Positions 21,568 through 31,751 are shown, numbered from the stretch's first letter. The stretch: DNA of 64,000 bases from an uncultured Thermoleophilia bacterium (GCA_963715985.1 CAVQSP010000013.1:192001-256000), one strand, 5' to 3'. Notes: generated from the sequence alone by a model not told the origin. Numbers and translations are program-made.

Positions 21568-23936
21568 CCGAGGCAAGCGGCCGGCACGGGCTCGGGTCGT
21601 GGCTCACCACCACCGACCACAAGCGCATCGGCGTGATGTACATCTGCACGTCGCTGTGCTTCTTCCTCGTGGCCGTGGTGTTCGCGATGCTGATGCGCAC
21701 GCAGCTCATCAGGCCGGAGATGCACTTCCTCTCCCCGGAGGCCTACAACCAGATCTTCTCGATGCACGGCACCATCATGGTGTTCCTCTTCGCCATGCCG
21801 CTGATCATCGGCGTGGCCAACTACCTGGTGCCGCTGCAGATCGGCGCTCGCGACATGGCCTTTCCGCGCGCCAACGCCCTCAGCTACTGGCTGCTGCTCT
21901 TCGGCGGCCTGCTGCTCTTCAGCAGCTTCGCCTTCGGCGGCTCGCTGGACACGGGCTGGTTCAGCTACGCGCCGCTGACGTCCAAGGCGTACTCGCCGCA
22001 CGACGGCGTCACCTTCTGGACCATCTCGCTGGCCCTGCTCGGCGGCTCGTCCATCCTCGGCGCCATCAACTTCATCGTCACCTGCCTGCGCTTCCGTGCC
22101 AAGGGCATGGGGCTCTGGCAGATGCCGATCTTCTCGATCGCGACCTTCATCAACTCGTTCCTGATCCTCTTCGCCTTCCCGAGCCTCTCGGCGGCCATCG
22201 CCCTGCTCTACCTCGACCGCCAGTACGGCACCAGCTTCTTCGACCCGGCCGGCGGCGGCGACCCCATCATCTGGCAGCACCTCTTCTGGTTCTTCGGCCA
22301 CCCCGAGGTGTACATCCTCATCCTGCCGGCCTTCGGCGTGATGAGCGAGGTCGTGCCCGTGTTCTCGCGCAAGCCGCTGTTCGGGCGCGGCTCGATGATC
22401 ATCATGCTCGGCGTCATCGGCCTCCTCGGTTTTCTCGTCTGGGCGCACCACATGTTCGCCACCGGGCTGCCCACGCTGTTCAACGTGGTCATGGCGGGCA
22501 CGAGCATGCTCATCGCCATCCCCACCGGTGTGAAGATCTTCAACTGGCTGGCGACGATGTGGGGCGGGGCGCTGCGGTTCAAGACCCCGCTGCTGTTCGC
22601 CTGCGGGCTCATCGCGCTGTTCACGGTCGGCGGCATCACCGGCGTCACGCTTGCGGTCGTGCCCTTCGACTGGCAGGTGACCGACACGTACTACGTGGTC
22701 GCCCACTTCCACAACGTCCTCTTCGCCGGCACCGTGTTCGCGCTCTTCGCCGGCATCTACTACTGGTACCCCAAGATCTTCGGCCGCAAGATGAGCGACC
22801 GCCTCGGCAAGGCCCACTTCTGGCTCAACTCGATCGGCTTCCTCATCACCTTCATGCCGATGTACATCCTCGGGTTCCTCGGCATGCCGCGCCGCGTGTA
22901 CACCTACGCCCATGGGCTGGGTTGGGACACGCTCAACCTCATCTCGTCCATCGGCGGCTACATCATCGCCGTGGCGCTGCTCATCTTCCTCTTCAACTTC
23001 GTGCGCAGCGCCCGCCACGGCGAGGTCGCCGGCGACGACCCGTGGCGCGGCTGGACGCTGGAGTGGGCGACCACCTCGCCGCCCCCGCACGGCAACTTCG
23101 TCACCCTGCCGGTGGTCCACAGCGAGCGCCCGCTGTACGACCTCGAGCAGGCGCAGCTCGCCGCCGCCGAGGGCGGCCCGGCGCCGGAGGTGTACACGTT
23201 GCCGCCGGAGCCGGAGCAGCATACGGCGGCGCCCTTCTGGCTGGGGCTGGCCATCCTCACGATCGCCGTGGGCCTGCTCAGCACACCGGTCGTCATCGTC
23301 CTGGGCGCGGTCTTCGTGCTCGTCGTGCTGGCGGTGTGGATGAGCGGGGCATGGGTCGAGCCGGAGTTGCCCGACGCCTCCTCTCACCGCTTCAACTTCG
23401 TCGGCGCCGGCATGCTTGCGTTCATCGGCTCCGAGTCGGTGTTCTTCGCCTCGCTCATCGCCGCCGCCGTGCACCTCCGCATCCACGGCCACACGCTGGG
23501 CCAGTCGCAGTTCGACGCGGTCTTCCCGGCCATCAACACCGTGGTCCTCGTGCTGAGCGGCGTGGCCTGCCACTACGCGCAGGTGGCCTACCGGCGCGGC
23601 AGGAACGGCTCGTTCTTCCTGCTGCTCGTGCTCACCATCATCCTGGGCTCTGCCTTCCTCGGCGGCCAGGCGTGGGAGTACACGCACCTGGGGCTCGGGC
23701 TCACGGCCAACCTCGCCGTCTCCACCTTCTACACGCTCACCGGCTTCCACGGGTTCCACGTGGCCTGCGGCATCGCGGTGCTGCTGTACCTGCTGGTGCG
23801 CGCCGGCAGGGAGCGCCGGCGCGGCGCCGGCGCGGTCACGCCGGGCACCACCGCCATGGTCGACGCGGGCACCTACTACTGGCACTTCGTCGACGCCGTG
23901 TGGGTGGCCGTCTTCATCGTCGTCTACCTGCTGTGA
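21564..23936 (+). CDS. ctaD: Cytochrome c oxidase subunit I fused to subunit III (A1 type)
   Basis: TDHKRIG, FWFFGHPEVY, WAHHMF, AHFH, then in frame SESVFF, TGFHGFHV, YWHFVDAVW. Confidence 0.94.
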   Translation: MTEASGRHGLGSWLTTTDHKRIGVMYICTSLCFFLVAVVFAMLMRTQLIRPEMHFLSPEAYNQIFSMHGTIMVFLFAMPLIIGVANYLVPLQIGARDMAFPRANALSYWLLLFGGLLLFSSFAFGGSLDTGWFSYAPLTSKAYSPHDGVTFWTISLALLGGSSILGAINFIVTCLRFRAKGMGLWQMPIFSIATFINSFLILFAFPSLSAAIALLYLDRQYGTSFFDPAGGGDPIIWQHLFWFFGHPEVYILILPAFGVMSEVVPVFSRKPLFGRGSMIIMLGVIGLLGFLVWAHHMFATGLPTLFNVVMAGTSMLIAIPTGVKIFNWLATMWGGALRFKTPLLFACGLIALFTVGGITGVTLAVVPFDWQVTDTYYVVAHFHNVLFAGTVFALFAGIYYWYPKIFGRKMSDRLGKAHFWLNSIGFLITFMPMYILGFLGMPRRVYTYAHGLGWDTLNLISSIGGYIIAVALLIFLFNFVRSARHGEVAGDDPWRGWTLEWATTSPPPHGNFVTLPVVHSERPLYDLEQAQLAAAEGGPAPEVYTLPPEPEQHTAAPFWLGLAILTIAVGLLSTPVVIVLGAVFVLVVLAVWMSGAWVEPELPDASSHRFNFVGAGMLAFIGSESVFFASLIAAAVHLRIHGHTLGQSQFDAVFPAINTVVLVLSGVACHYAQVAYRRGRNGSFFLLLVLTIILGSAFLGGQAWEYTHLGLGLTANLAVSTFYTLTGFHGFHVACGIAVLLYLLVRAGRERRRGAGAVTPGTTAMVDAGTYYWHFVDAVWVAVFIVVYLL

Positions 23937-23937
23937 G

Positions 23938-25602
23938 GTGACTGCGGTGCGCGTCGCCGCGAGAGTGCTTGGCGTTGCGGCGGCCGCTCTGGCGCTGCTG
24001 GCCGCGGCCGCCACATTCACCGCGTCGCCGGCTGCGGCGCACGCCGCCCTCACCGCCTCCGTGCCGGAGGCCGGACTCCTCGGTGGCGCGGTCGCCCGCG
24101 ACCATCGAGCTCACGTTTGCCGAGGACCCGGACCCGAAGTTCTCCAAGGTCGCGGTGCTGGACGCCGTGGGGCAGAAGGTGCCGGGCGTGTCGGCGCCTG
24201 AGGCGGTGCCCGGCAAGCCGCTCGACCTGCGCGTGACGCTGGCGGAGCCGCTCGGTACCGGCGTGTACACGGTGAACTGGCGCACCGTCTCGGCGGTGGA
24301 CGGTCACGTGGAGAGCGGGGCCTTCGCCTTCGGCGTCGGCGCCACGCCGGCTCCCGGCAGCGAGCAGATCGTGAACCTCGGGAGCACGTCGTCCTGGGCC
24401 GAGGGGCTCGGCGTGGCCGGGCGCTGGTTGCTGTACGCCGGGCTGGCGCTCTTCGTGGGGGCGGCGTCCACCTGCCTCTTCGTCTTTCGCGGCAGGCTGC
24501 CGGCCGGCGGCGTCACACTCTCGCGCCTTGCGCTGCTGCTGGCGGCCGTGGGGCTCGCGCTGATGGTGTGGTCGGAGCGCGAGCTCGTGGGGGCGCCGTC
24601 GCTGTTGCCGCTGTTCCAGTCCCCGGCGGGTCAGCTCCTGCTCTCCTTGGGAGTCGCACTCGCCCTGTGTGCGGCCGCCGTCGTGGCGCTGGACCTGTAT
24701 CCCGCCCGCTGGTCGCTCTGGGTCCTCGGCATCACCGGTCTGGCCGCCATTCTCGTCCACGTCGTCGCCGGCCACGCCGCCGCCCCTTCGTCGTGGCGCT
24801 ACCTCAACCTGTGTGTGCAGTGGGTGCACATGTCGGCCATCGGCGTGTGGCTCGGCGGCCTCGCCTGGCTGCTGCTCGGCATCCGCGGGATGGCGCGGCC
24901 GGAGCGCGCCGCCGCCGTGGCCGCGTTCTCCCGCATCGCCACCGGCACGCTCGTGGTCGTACTCGCCACTGGGCTCGTGAGAGGCCTGGTGGAGGTCGGC
25001 TCGCTCGGGGCGCTGTTCGACACGTCGTACGGCGTCACGCTGCTCGTCAAGGTCGGTCTGGTCGTCTTACTGGTGGCCCTGGGCGCCCTGAACCACTTCC
25101 GCTGGGTCCCGACGCTTGGCGCCCGGGACGGAGCCGCCCGCTCCTTCCGCCTCAACTCGAGTGGTGAGCTGGCGCTGGCGGCGGCTGTGCTGCTGGCGAC
25201 GGCCGTGCTCACCGGGTTCGCCCCCGCCTCGTCCGCCGTCGCCTCCGCGCCGCCGCGCCCGCCGGCGTCACGGCGACCGGCAGCGATTACGCCACTACGA
25301 TGCGCGTCACCCTCACCGCCTCGCCGGGCGTGGCCGGCCGCAACGAGTACCTCGTACGCGTGGAGGGCTACGACAGCGGCGATCCCCTGTCCGGTGTCGC
25401 CGCCGTCAAGCTCGAGTTCTCGCTGCCGGACGACCCGTCCCTGGGCACGTCGTCGCTGAAGCTCGGCAGCGTCTCCGACGGCACATGGCGCGGGGCCGGC
25501 ATGCAGCTCTCCGTGGCAGGCCGCTGGCGCGCGAACGTCGTCGTCGAGCAGGCGGCCGGGGGTGCCGCCGTGCCGCTGGACCTGGACGTGCGCGCGCCCT
25601 GA
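23938..25602 (+). CDS. CopC-CopD(-YtkA-like) copper resistance/uptake fusion protein (frameshifts near 24075 and 25260)
   Basis: Signal peptide ending AAA|HAAL, WRTVSAVDGH (CopC), GHAAA...WVHMSAIGVWLGG...YGVTLLVK (CopD), C-terminal Ig-like domain ending GRWRANV. Confidence 0.85.
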
Positions 25603-25665
25603 CGCGGGCCCAACGGCGGGGGCGGTTGTACTCGCAAAGGTGGGCGCGCATACTCAGAATCGTTC

Positions 25666-26787
25666 ATGCGCTTCCTCACCCGTATCCACACCCTCCTCGC
25701 GTCCTCCAGGCGGCGCTGGTTCGTCCTCGCCGCGGTGGCGGTCCTGATCGTCGTCGTGCTGGGCCGCGACGACCTCGCGCATATGGCGCGCTCGGTGCTC
25801 GCCGCAGACTGGCGCTGGGCACTCGTGGCACTCGGCCTCATGCTGCTCTCCCTCTGGATGCGGAGCGTCGCTCTCACGGCCATCGTGCGGGCCGCCGCGA
25901 CGACCGGCGTCCGGGTCAGGGACGCGTTCTCCTCCACCAGCATCGGGCTGCTCGCCAACGCGGTGGTGCCGGTGCGCCTGGGTGCCCTCCTCAACCCCTA
26001 CGTGCTCTATCTCCTGCTGCGCCGCCGCGGCGCCGGGGTGCCGTTCGTCACGGCCTTCGGCATGACGGTGACCGAGCAGCTCTTCTCGGCGCTGACGTTC
26101 GTGGTGCTCGGGCTGGTCTTCGTCTCGACGCTGTCGGCTCCGGCGTGGGCGACACCGGCGCTCATCGTCTGTGGCGTGCTCCTCGGCCTGGGCCTGGCCG
26201 GCGCGACCGCCATGCAGTTCCACCGCGTGCGGCGTCGTGCCACCGGCTACCTCGCGGACTGCGTGGGGGCGGCCGAGGACGGCGCGAAGCCGGGCTGGCG
26301 CGGCAGGCTGCACTCGGTCCTGCCGCACTTCGTGGACAGCCAGCGCGTGCTCGCGCGGCCGTCCCGCGCGCTGCTGGTCGGCGGGGTACAGGCCTCGGCC
26401 TGGCTGGTACAGCTCGCCGCCGCGGTCGCCGTCCTCCACGCGTTCCATCTGGGCGGCGCCGGCTGGCATGCCGCCGCCCTCGTCCTCATCCTCACCAACC
26501 TGATCGGCATCCTGCCGCTCACGCCGGGCAACCTGGGCACGTTCCAGGTGGCGGCGACGGCTGCGCTCGCCGCCTCCGGCGTGGCGCCCGGCCCCGCGCT
26601 GGCTTTCGCCCTCGGCCTCCAGGCCATGCAGCTGCTCGTGGGCGTCACCGCCGGCCTCGTGTCGCTGAGCGTGCAGGGGATGAGCCTCGGGGACCTGGCC
26701 GGCAAGGGGCGACACGCCGCCGAGCTCCTGCGGCAGCATCGCCCGGCTCCTGCACCGGCCCCTGCCGACCCGTCCGCAAGCGCCTGA
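25666..26787 (+). CDS. Lysylphosphatidylglycerol synthase TM-region / flippase-like membrane protein
   Basis: GLLANAVVPVRLG and PLTPGNLGTFQ motifs, multiple TM helices. Confidence 0.8.
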   Translation: MRFLTRIHTLLASSRRRWFVLAAVAVLIVVVLGRDDLAHMARSVLAADWRWALVALGLMLLSLWMRSVALTAIVRAAATTGVRVRDAFSSTSIGLLANAVVPVRLGALLNPYVLYLLLRRRGAGVPFVTAFGMTVTEQLFSALTFVVLGLVFVSTLSAPAWATPALIVCGVLLGLGLAGATAMQFHRVRRRATGYLADCVGAAEDGAKPGWRGRLHSVLPHFVDSQRVLARPSRALLVGGVQASAWLVQLAAAVAVLHAFHLGGAGWHAAALVLILTNLIGILPLTPGNLGTFQVAATAALAASGVAPGPALAFALGLQAMQLLVGVTAGLVSLSVQGMSLGDLAGKGRHAAELLRQHRPAPAPAPADPSASA

Positions 26788-26932
26788 CGCAGCGATCGCG
26801 CCGGTCTTCCGGCCACGCCGGCCAGAAGTTGTCCCGCCGGTCGACCGGGGCGGTTTGGCGCCGCTCTCCGACGGGGCACCTTGTTCTCGCCGCGCGGGGT
26901 GCGCGGGGAGGAAGCGCTCAGGAGGCGTGATC

Positions 26933-27577
26933 GTGGACCATCGTGCCGTCGTGGCCGTTCTGGCCGCACTCGCTCTCGCCGTGGCCTTGCTGGCAGCGCC
27001 GGCCCTCGCTCACGAGACGAACGAGGTCGGCGACCTCTCCCTGGAGATCGGGTGGGGCACCGAACCGGCCTACGTGGGGCAGCTCAACAGCGTCCAGGTC
27101 ATCGTGACGCACAAGGCGGACGGCGACCCGATCGAGGACCCGGGCGCCAGCCTCGCGGCCGCGGTGTCGTACGGCGACAAGAAGACCAGCGTGGACCTGG
27201 CACCGAACTTCGAGAGCATCCCCGGCGAGTACCGGGCGCTGCTGATCCCCACTGCTCCCGGCGACTACACGTTCCACATCACCGGCAAGGTCGAGGGCCT
27301 CGACGTGGACGTGGAGGTCACCAGCTCGCCGCAAGACGTTCTCGCCGGTGGAGGACGCATCCGCCGTCCAGTTCCCGGTCAAGACGCCGTCCAATGCCGA
27401 GCTCGCCCAACGCCTCGACGCCGAGCTGGGCCGGTTGTCGCGGCGGGCGAGGCGTCCGCGCAGCTGCCGACGGAGAGCGACGTGACCAGCGCCCGCGTGC
27501 TGGGCATCGCCGGCATCGTGGTCGGCGCGATCGGCGTCGTCCTCGCGGCCGTGGCGCTGCTGCGCCGGCGCGCCTGA
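26933..27577 (+). CDS. Hypothetical exported, membrane-anchored protein with predicted N-terminal His (compensating frameshifts near 27330 and 27430)
   Basis: AGGAGG RBS, signal peptide PALA|HETNEVG, GWGTEPAY, PTAPGDYTFH, C-terminal TM followed by RRRA. Confidence 0.75.
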   Translation: MDHRAVVAVLAALALAVALLAAPALAHETNEVGDLSLEIGWGTEPAYVGQLNSVQVIVTHKADGDPIEDPGASLAAAVSYGDKKTSVDLAPNFESIPGEYRALLIPTAPGDYTFHITGKVEGLDVDVEVTSSPQDVLAGGGRIRRPVPGQDAVQCRARPTPRRRAGPVVAAGEASAQLPTESDVTSARVLGIAGIVVGAIGVVLAAVALLRRRA

Positions 27578-27578
27578 G

Positions 27579-29459
27579 TCAGGCCGTGGGCTCGGGCGGC
27601 TCAGGTGGCCCGAGCTGCTCGCCGGGTCCGGGCTCCACCGCCGCCGCCCCCTCGGGCTCGTCCACATCGCCGTAGTCGTCGACCCAGTGCATCGGGTCCT
27701 CGCCGACGTCCAGGACGTACTCCGCGACGGCCTGGTCCACGGTGTAGTAGAAGTTCTCCTCGCCGATGTCCCAGTACACGCCGTAGCGCCGCAGCCGGTC
27801 GCCGACGGGCCCCTTGACCTCTGCGAAGGCCACGGTGATGCCGGCGGCGGCGAGGTCGTCGAGGAGGTCGCGCAGTGACTCCACGCCCGTGGTGTCGATG
27901 TCGGTGATGGGTTCGGCGGCGATCACGACCCTCCGCACCGGCTCACCGCGCTCGGCCACGTGCTGCTTGACGCAGCGCGCGAAGTGCTCGGCGTTGGCGA
28001 AGAAGATCGGCGCGTCGAAGCGGTAGATCACCAGGCCGGGGACCTGCTCGGCTTCGGGATGACGGGCGATGTCGTGGTAGCCGTGGCGGCCCCGAACGCG
28101 ACCCAGGGTCGCGTCGTACGGCCGCCACAGCTGCCACAGAAACGTCAGGATCGAGAGCACGACGGCGATCACGATGCCTTGCAGCACACCGACCACGGCC
28201 ACGCCGAACAGCGCCGCGAGACACAGGGCGAGCTCGGTGCGGCGTACCTTCCACAGCCAGCGCATCGTCGTGAGGTCGAACAGGGACGTGCCGGCGACGA
28301 TGACGATGGCGGCGAGCGAGGCCTGCGGCAGGTAGGTGGTCAGGCCGCCGGCGACGAGCAGGAGGACGACGATGGCGGCCGCGCCCACCACGCCGACCAG
28401 CTGGCTGCGGCCGCCGGCCGCCTCGGCCACGGCCGTGCGCGAGCTGCTGGCGCTCACCGGGAAGCCCTGGAAGAACCCCGCGGCCATGTTGGCGGTGCCG
28501 AGGGCCACGATCTCCTGGTTGGGGTCCACGTCGCGGTCGTACTTGAGCGCGAACGTGCGTGAGAGGGCCGACGTGTCGGCGAGCGTGATGAAGGCCATGC
28601 CGAACGCGGCGAGGGCGAGCTGCCAGATGTCGTCGAGAGGGATCGAGGGCAACGCCGGCGTGGGGAAGCCGCCGGGCACCGGTCCGACCACGGGGACCCC
28701 GTCGGCCGCGAGACCCAGCACCGCCACCACGAGCGTGGCGCCGACGAAGGCGACCAGGACACCGGGGAACTTGGGCAGCCAGTGTCTGAAGGCGAACAGC
28801 AGCGCGAGGCAGCAGACGCCGATGGCCAGCGCGTACCAGTTGGTGAGACCGTCGGCCACGCCGGCGAGGAACTCCCAGAAGCGTGCGGGCGTCGCGTCGG
28901 CCTCCACGCTGAAGCCGAAGAGCTTGGGCAGCTGACTCACCACGACCACGACGGCGATGCCGTTGATGTACCCGACGCGCAGCGGCTTGGAGAGCAGTTC
29001 GGTGATGACGCCGAGGCGGGCGAACCCCGCGACCACGCAGATGAGCCCCATCAGGATCGCCAGCGCGGAGGCGAGCGCCACGGCCTTGGCCGGGTCGCCG
29101 TCGGCGCCGATGAGCGGCAGGATGGCGGCCAGGATCATCGGGGCCAGGGCGGAGTCGGGCCCGAGCACGAGGATCGGCGAGGGTCCGAACACCGCGTAGG
29201 CGAGCAGGGCGAGGATGGTGGTGTAGAGGCCGGTGACCGCAGGCAGCCCGGCCAGCTCCGCGTATGCCATGCCCTGCGGCACCAGGAGCGCGGTGACGGC
29301 GAGCCCGGCGACGAGGTCGCCTCTCAGCCCGCCGCGCTTGTAGTGGCGCAGCGTGACGAGCCCCGGCAGCCACCGCGCCGCTCCGTGCGGCGGGCGCGGC
29401 TCAAGCCGTGTGGTGAAAGAAGAGGGCGGCGGACCCTCCGTGCCAGGCTGCGCGCTCAT
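27579..29459 (-). CDS. SulP family inorganic anion transporter with STAS domain
   Basis: DLVAGL...VPQGMAYAELAG, SASSSRT, RFDAPIFFANA, DIDTTG. Confidence 0.95.
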   Translation of the reverse strand: MSAQPGTEGPPPSSFTTRLEPRPPHGAARWLPGLVTLRHYKRGGLRGDLVAGLAVTALLVPQGMAYAELAGLPAVTGLYTTILALLAYAVFGPSPILVLGPDSALAPMILAAILPLIGADGDPAKAVALASALAILMGLICVVAGFARLGVITELLSKPLRVGYINGIAVVVVVSQLPKLFGFSVEADATPARFWEFLAGVADGLTNWYALAIGVCCLALLFAFRHWLPKFPGVLVAFVGATLVVAVLGLAADGVPVVGPVPGGFPTPALPSIPLDDIWQLALAAFGMAFITLADTSALSRTFALKYDRDVDPNQEIVALGTANMAAGFFQGFPVSASSSRTAVAEAAGGRSQLVGVVGAAAIVVLLLVAGGLTTYLPQASLAAIVIVAGTSLFDLTTMRWLWKVRRTELALCLAALFGVAVVGVLQGIVIAVVLSILTFLWQLWRPYDATLGRVRGRHGYHDIARHPEAEQVPGLVIYRFDAPIFFANAEHFARCVKQHVAERGEPVRRVVIAAEPITDIDTTGVESLRDLLDDLAAAGITVAFAEVKGPVGDRLRRYGVYWDIGEENFYYTVDQAVAEYVLDVGEDPMHWVDDYGDVDEPEGAAAVEPGPGEQLGPPEPPEPTA

Positions 29460-29542
29460 GATGAGCGCATCCTATCCCGACCCGGGCGGGGCGGGAGACG
29501 GTCTCCTCGTGCGTGTGGCGCTGCCGTGGCATGGTGGGCGGC

Positions 29543-29818
29543 ATGGACGAGCGGGAGCTGCAGCGCGAGGCCGCCCAGATCATCGGGACCGGCGAGGAGA
29601 TCCTCGCCGCCGCCATCTTCGGCCTGCAGGACGACTACGCGAAGATCCTCGTCGCCGGCGTCGCCACCGGGACCGCCGCTGCGGTAGCGGGCCTCGACGA
29701 GCCGCTCGCCGACGACGCCGCACGCCAGCGAATCGGGCTCACCGGCTCGACCGCGTTCTTCAGCCCCGAGGCCGCGGGTGACAAGCTCGTGCTGCACCTG
29801 CTCTCCGCTTCGTCCTGA
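29543..29818 (+). CDS. Small hypothetical protein, possibly a truncated remnant
   Basis: Coding-like codon usage, MDERELQREAAQIIG...; no family recognised. Confidence 0.45.
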   Translation: MDERELQREAAQIIGTGEEILAAAIFGLQDDYAKILVAGVATGTAAAVAGLDEPLADDAARQRIGLTGSTAFFSPEAAGDKLVLHLLSASS

Positions 29819-29861
29819 CCCGCACCTTGTCGGCGGGCAGCCGCGCGGACCGTAGCGGCAG

Positions 29862-30470
29862 TCAGAAGAGCTCGAGCAGGTCGCCGGGCGCGTACGCCAT
29901 GTGGTCGGGCGCCACCCGGGCGAGGCGCTCCGGACCGTGCCAACCCCAGGCGGCGCCGACCGTGCGCACACCGGCTTCGCGGGCCTCCAGGATGTCGCCC
30001 ACGGTGTCGCCCACGTACCACGCCGGCCGCGCATGCCCGAAGCGCTCACGCGCCGAGCGGATGCGGCGCGTCTTGCTCGCCTCCTGGTCGCCGCCGATGA
30101 CCTCGGCGACGCCCTTCACGCCGTGCTCTTCGAGGATGCGCTTCACGTCATCGGTGCGGGCCGAGGTGATGACCAGCACCGTGTGGGTCGCGGCGAGGCG
30201 TTCCACCACCGTGGCCATACCTGGGAACAGCGCGGGGCTCGGCAGGTCGCGGAACGAGTCCTCGAGCTGAGCGGCGACTTCGACCGGCACGCCGGCCGCG
30301 TCGAGCGCGGCGAACCAGTTCGTCTCCAGGAAGTCGAGGAAGTGCGAGGGTGTGGCGAGGTGGTCGAGCCCCTCGCCGCTCAGCGTCCGCACGAACGCGT
30401 CGCTCTGGTCGTCCAGCGAGTCGGCGATGACGCCGTCGAAGTCGAGCATGATCAGCTGCTGCTGCGCCAC
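29862..30470 (-). CDS. HAD family hydrolase (phosphoglycolate phosphatase-like)
   Basis: DFDGVIADS, ITS, K, YVGDTVGD, GAAWGWH. Confidence 0.92.
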   Translation of the reverse strand: MAQQQLIMLDFDGVIADSLDDQSDAFVRTLSGEGLDHLATPSHFLDFLETNWFAALDAAGVPVEVAAQLEDSFRDLPSPALFPGMATVVERLAATHTVLVITSARTDDVKRILEEHGVKGVAEVIGGDQEASKTRRIRSARERFGHARPAWYVGDTVGDILEAREAGVRTVGAAWGWHGPERLARVAPDHMAYAPGDLLELF

Positions 30471-30585
30471 GGCGTCTCCGGGGTCGCGGGCGGGGGAGAG
30501 CGCCGCACGAGCGCGTCTCGACTGTCAGTCGCTGGAGCCTATCCGCCCTGGGAGATGCCGCGGCAAACCGCCGCTGCGCGAGATG

Positions 30586-30873
30586 TCAGGCGTCGGTGTC
30601 CATCACGTGTTCGAGCACTTCGAACCTCGGCATCGACACGTTGCCGGTGGCCCACTTGATCGCTTCGTGCAGCTCGAGCCCCTCAGCGTGACGGCGGGCC
30701 TGCTCGACGGTGTCGAACTCGAGGACCACGCGGATGTCGTTCGCGTCGTCTGCCATCCTGTACACCCTGGCGCTCCTCGATCCGAGACGCCGCCGGCGCT
30801 CCTCGTCGTCCAGGAAGACCGACTTGAAGGTCTCGAAGTCCCCCACGATGTGGTTGATGATCAGCAGCGCCAT
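30586..30873 (-). CDS. Small dimeric alpha/beta-barrel (ABM/cyclase-like) protein
   Basis: H-x-V-x-DF-x-x-FK...RRRLG...DDANDI-x-VVLEFD; paralogue of 31332..31619. Confidence 0.7.
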   Translation of the reverse strand: MALLIINHIVGDFETFKSVFLDDEERRRRLGSRSARVYRMADDANDIRVVLEFDTVEQARRHAEGLELHEAIKWATGNVSMPRFEVLEHVMDTDA

Positions 30874-31037
30874 GTCCTCTCCTGCCCTCGCGGTCCCGGT
30901 GCGACGATTCTATACGTGAGGCAGAATGCGGCGAGAGGCGCGGCAGTCCTCCATCCGACATCCGGTGGCGCCCCTGTCCGCACGCAGCGCGGGGTGGTAT
31001 CAATCAGATGTGACCTGTCGGGGAGCGAGGAGGGGCG

Positions 31038-31226
31038 ATGGCTGAGAGCAAAGGGAATGCAGGCGGAGCGGTCGGCGGCGCTGTCTACGGCCTCGGCTTC
31101 ATCGGCGCGCTCGTCTACTTCATCCAGAGCGCGACGTCGTTCTGGGACGGCGTCTGGGGCGTGCTCCAGTCGATCGTCTGGCCGGCGTTCCTGGTGTGGG
31201 GCGTCTTCGACTTTCTGAAGATGTGA
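31038..31226 (+). CDS. Small conserved hypothetical membrane protein (62 aa)
   Basis: GAGGAGG RBS; YGLGFIGALVYFIQ...FW...IVWPAFLV. Confidence 0.8.
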   Translation: MAESKGNAGGAVGGAVYGLGFIGALVYFIQSATSFWDGVWGVLQSIVWPAFLVWGVFDFLKM

Positions 31227-31253
31227 GAGACGGGACTCCATCCGGGCGGAGCA

Positions 31254-31285
31254 GCGAGAGGCCCGGCGACCGCCGGGCCTCTCGC
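31254..31285. terminator. GC-rich hairpin between convergent genes
   Basis: GCGAGAGGCCCGGCG-AC-CGCCGGGCCTCTCGC perfect inverted repeat. Confidence 0.65.
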
Positions 31286-31331
31286 GCACCTCGATCCATC
31301 CGTCGGACGGCCTGCGCCGCCCGTACTCTGG

Positions 31332-31619
31332 TCAGTGCGGTGACTCCAGCACCTCTTCGAAGACCGTGACCCGGGTCGTCGGGGACTTGGCGCTCGACCA
31401 GTGCATCGCCTGCTCCAGCTCGAAGGACCCGGCGAACTCGCGCGCATGCTCGACGGTGTCCCATTCCAGCACGACGCTCACGTTGTTGGGGTCGTCGGCG
31501 GCGCGCCAGATGTGGCCGCGCCGGCAGCCAAGGCGCCGGCGCCGCTCGGCGTCGTCCATGTAGACTCGCTTGAGCATCTCGAAGTCGGAGATCTCGTGCT
31601 CTATGAGTACGTACGCCAT
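31332..31619 (-). CDS. Small dimeric alpha/beta-barrel (ABM/cyclase-like) protein
   Basis: Aligns end to end with 30586..30873. Confidence 0.7.
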   Translation of the reverse strand: MAYVLIEHEISDFEMLKRVYMDDAERRRRLGCRRGHIWRAADDPNNVSVVLEWDTVEHAREFAGSFELEQAMHWSSAKSPTTRVTVFEEVLESPH

Positions 31620-31751
31620 GACTGCGGCCCCTCTCTGCTCAGGGCGCGATCGTCGTCCGTCTGCGGATCGCGCCGGCCTTCACAGTCAGTCTACCCGGGC
31701 CCACGGTCGACGCTTGCCCACGTGGCCCGGCGCCGACGGCCGGGCGAACCG

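Noticed and set aside
22690-22725. Quinol oxidase, suggested by the HFHNV motif
   Set aside because: Subunit II has a full CuA site plus cytochrome c, and the CyoB quinol-binding Arg/Asp in TM1 are absent.
2465-24053. Long antisense or shadow ORFs (for example 4122..6599, 13519..15567, 21546..24053)
   Set aside because: These are expected by-products of high-GC codon bias opposite real genes and show no recognisable domains.
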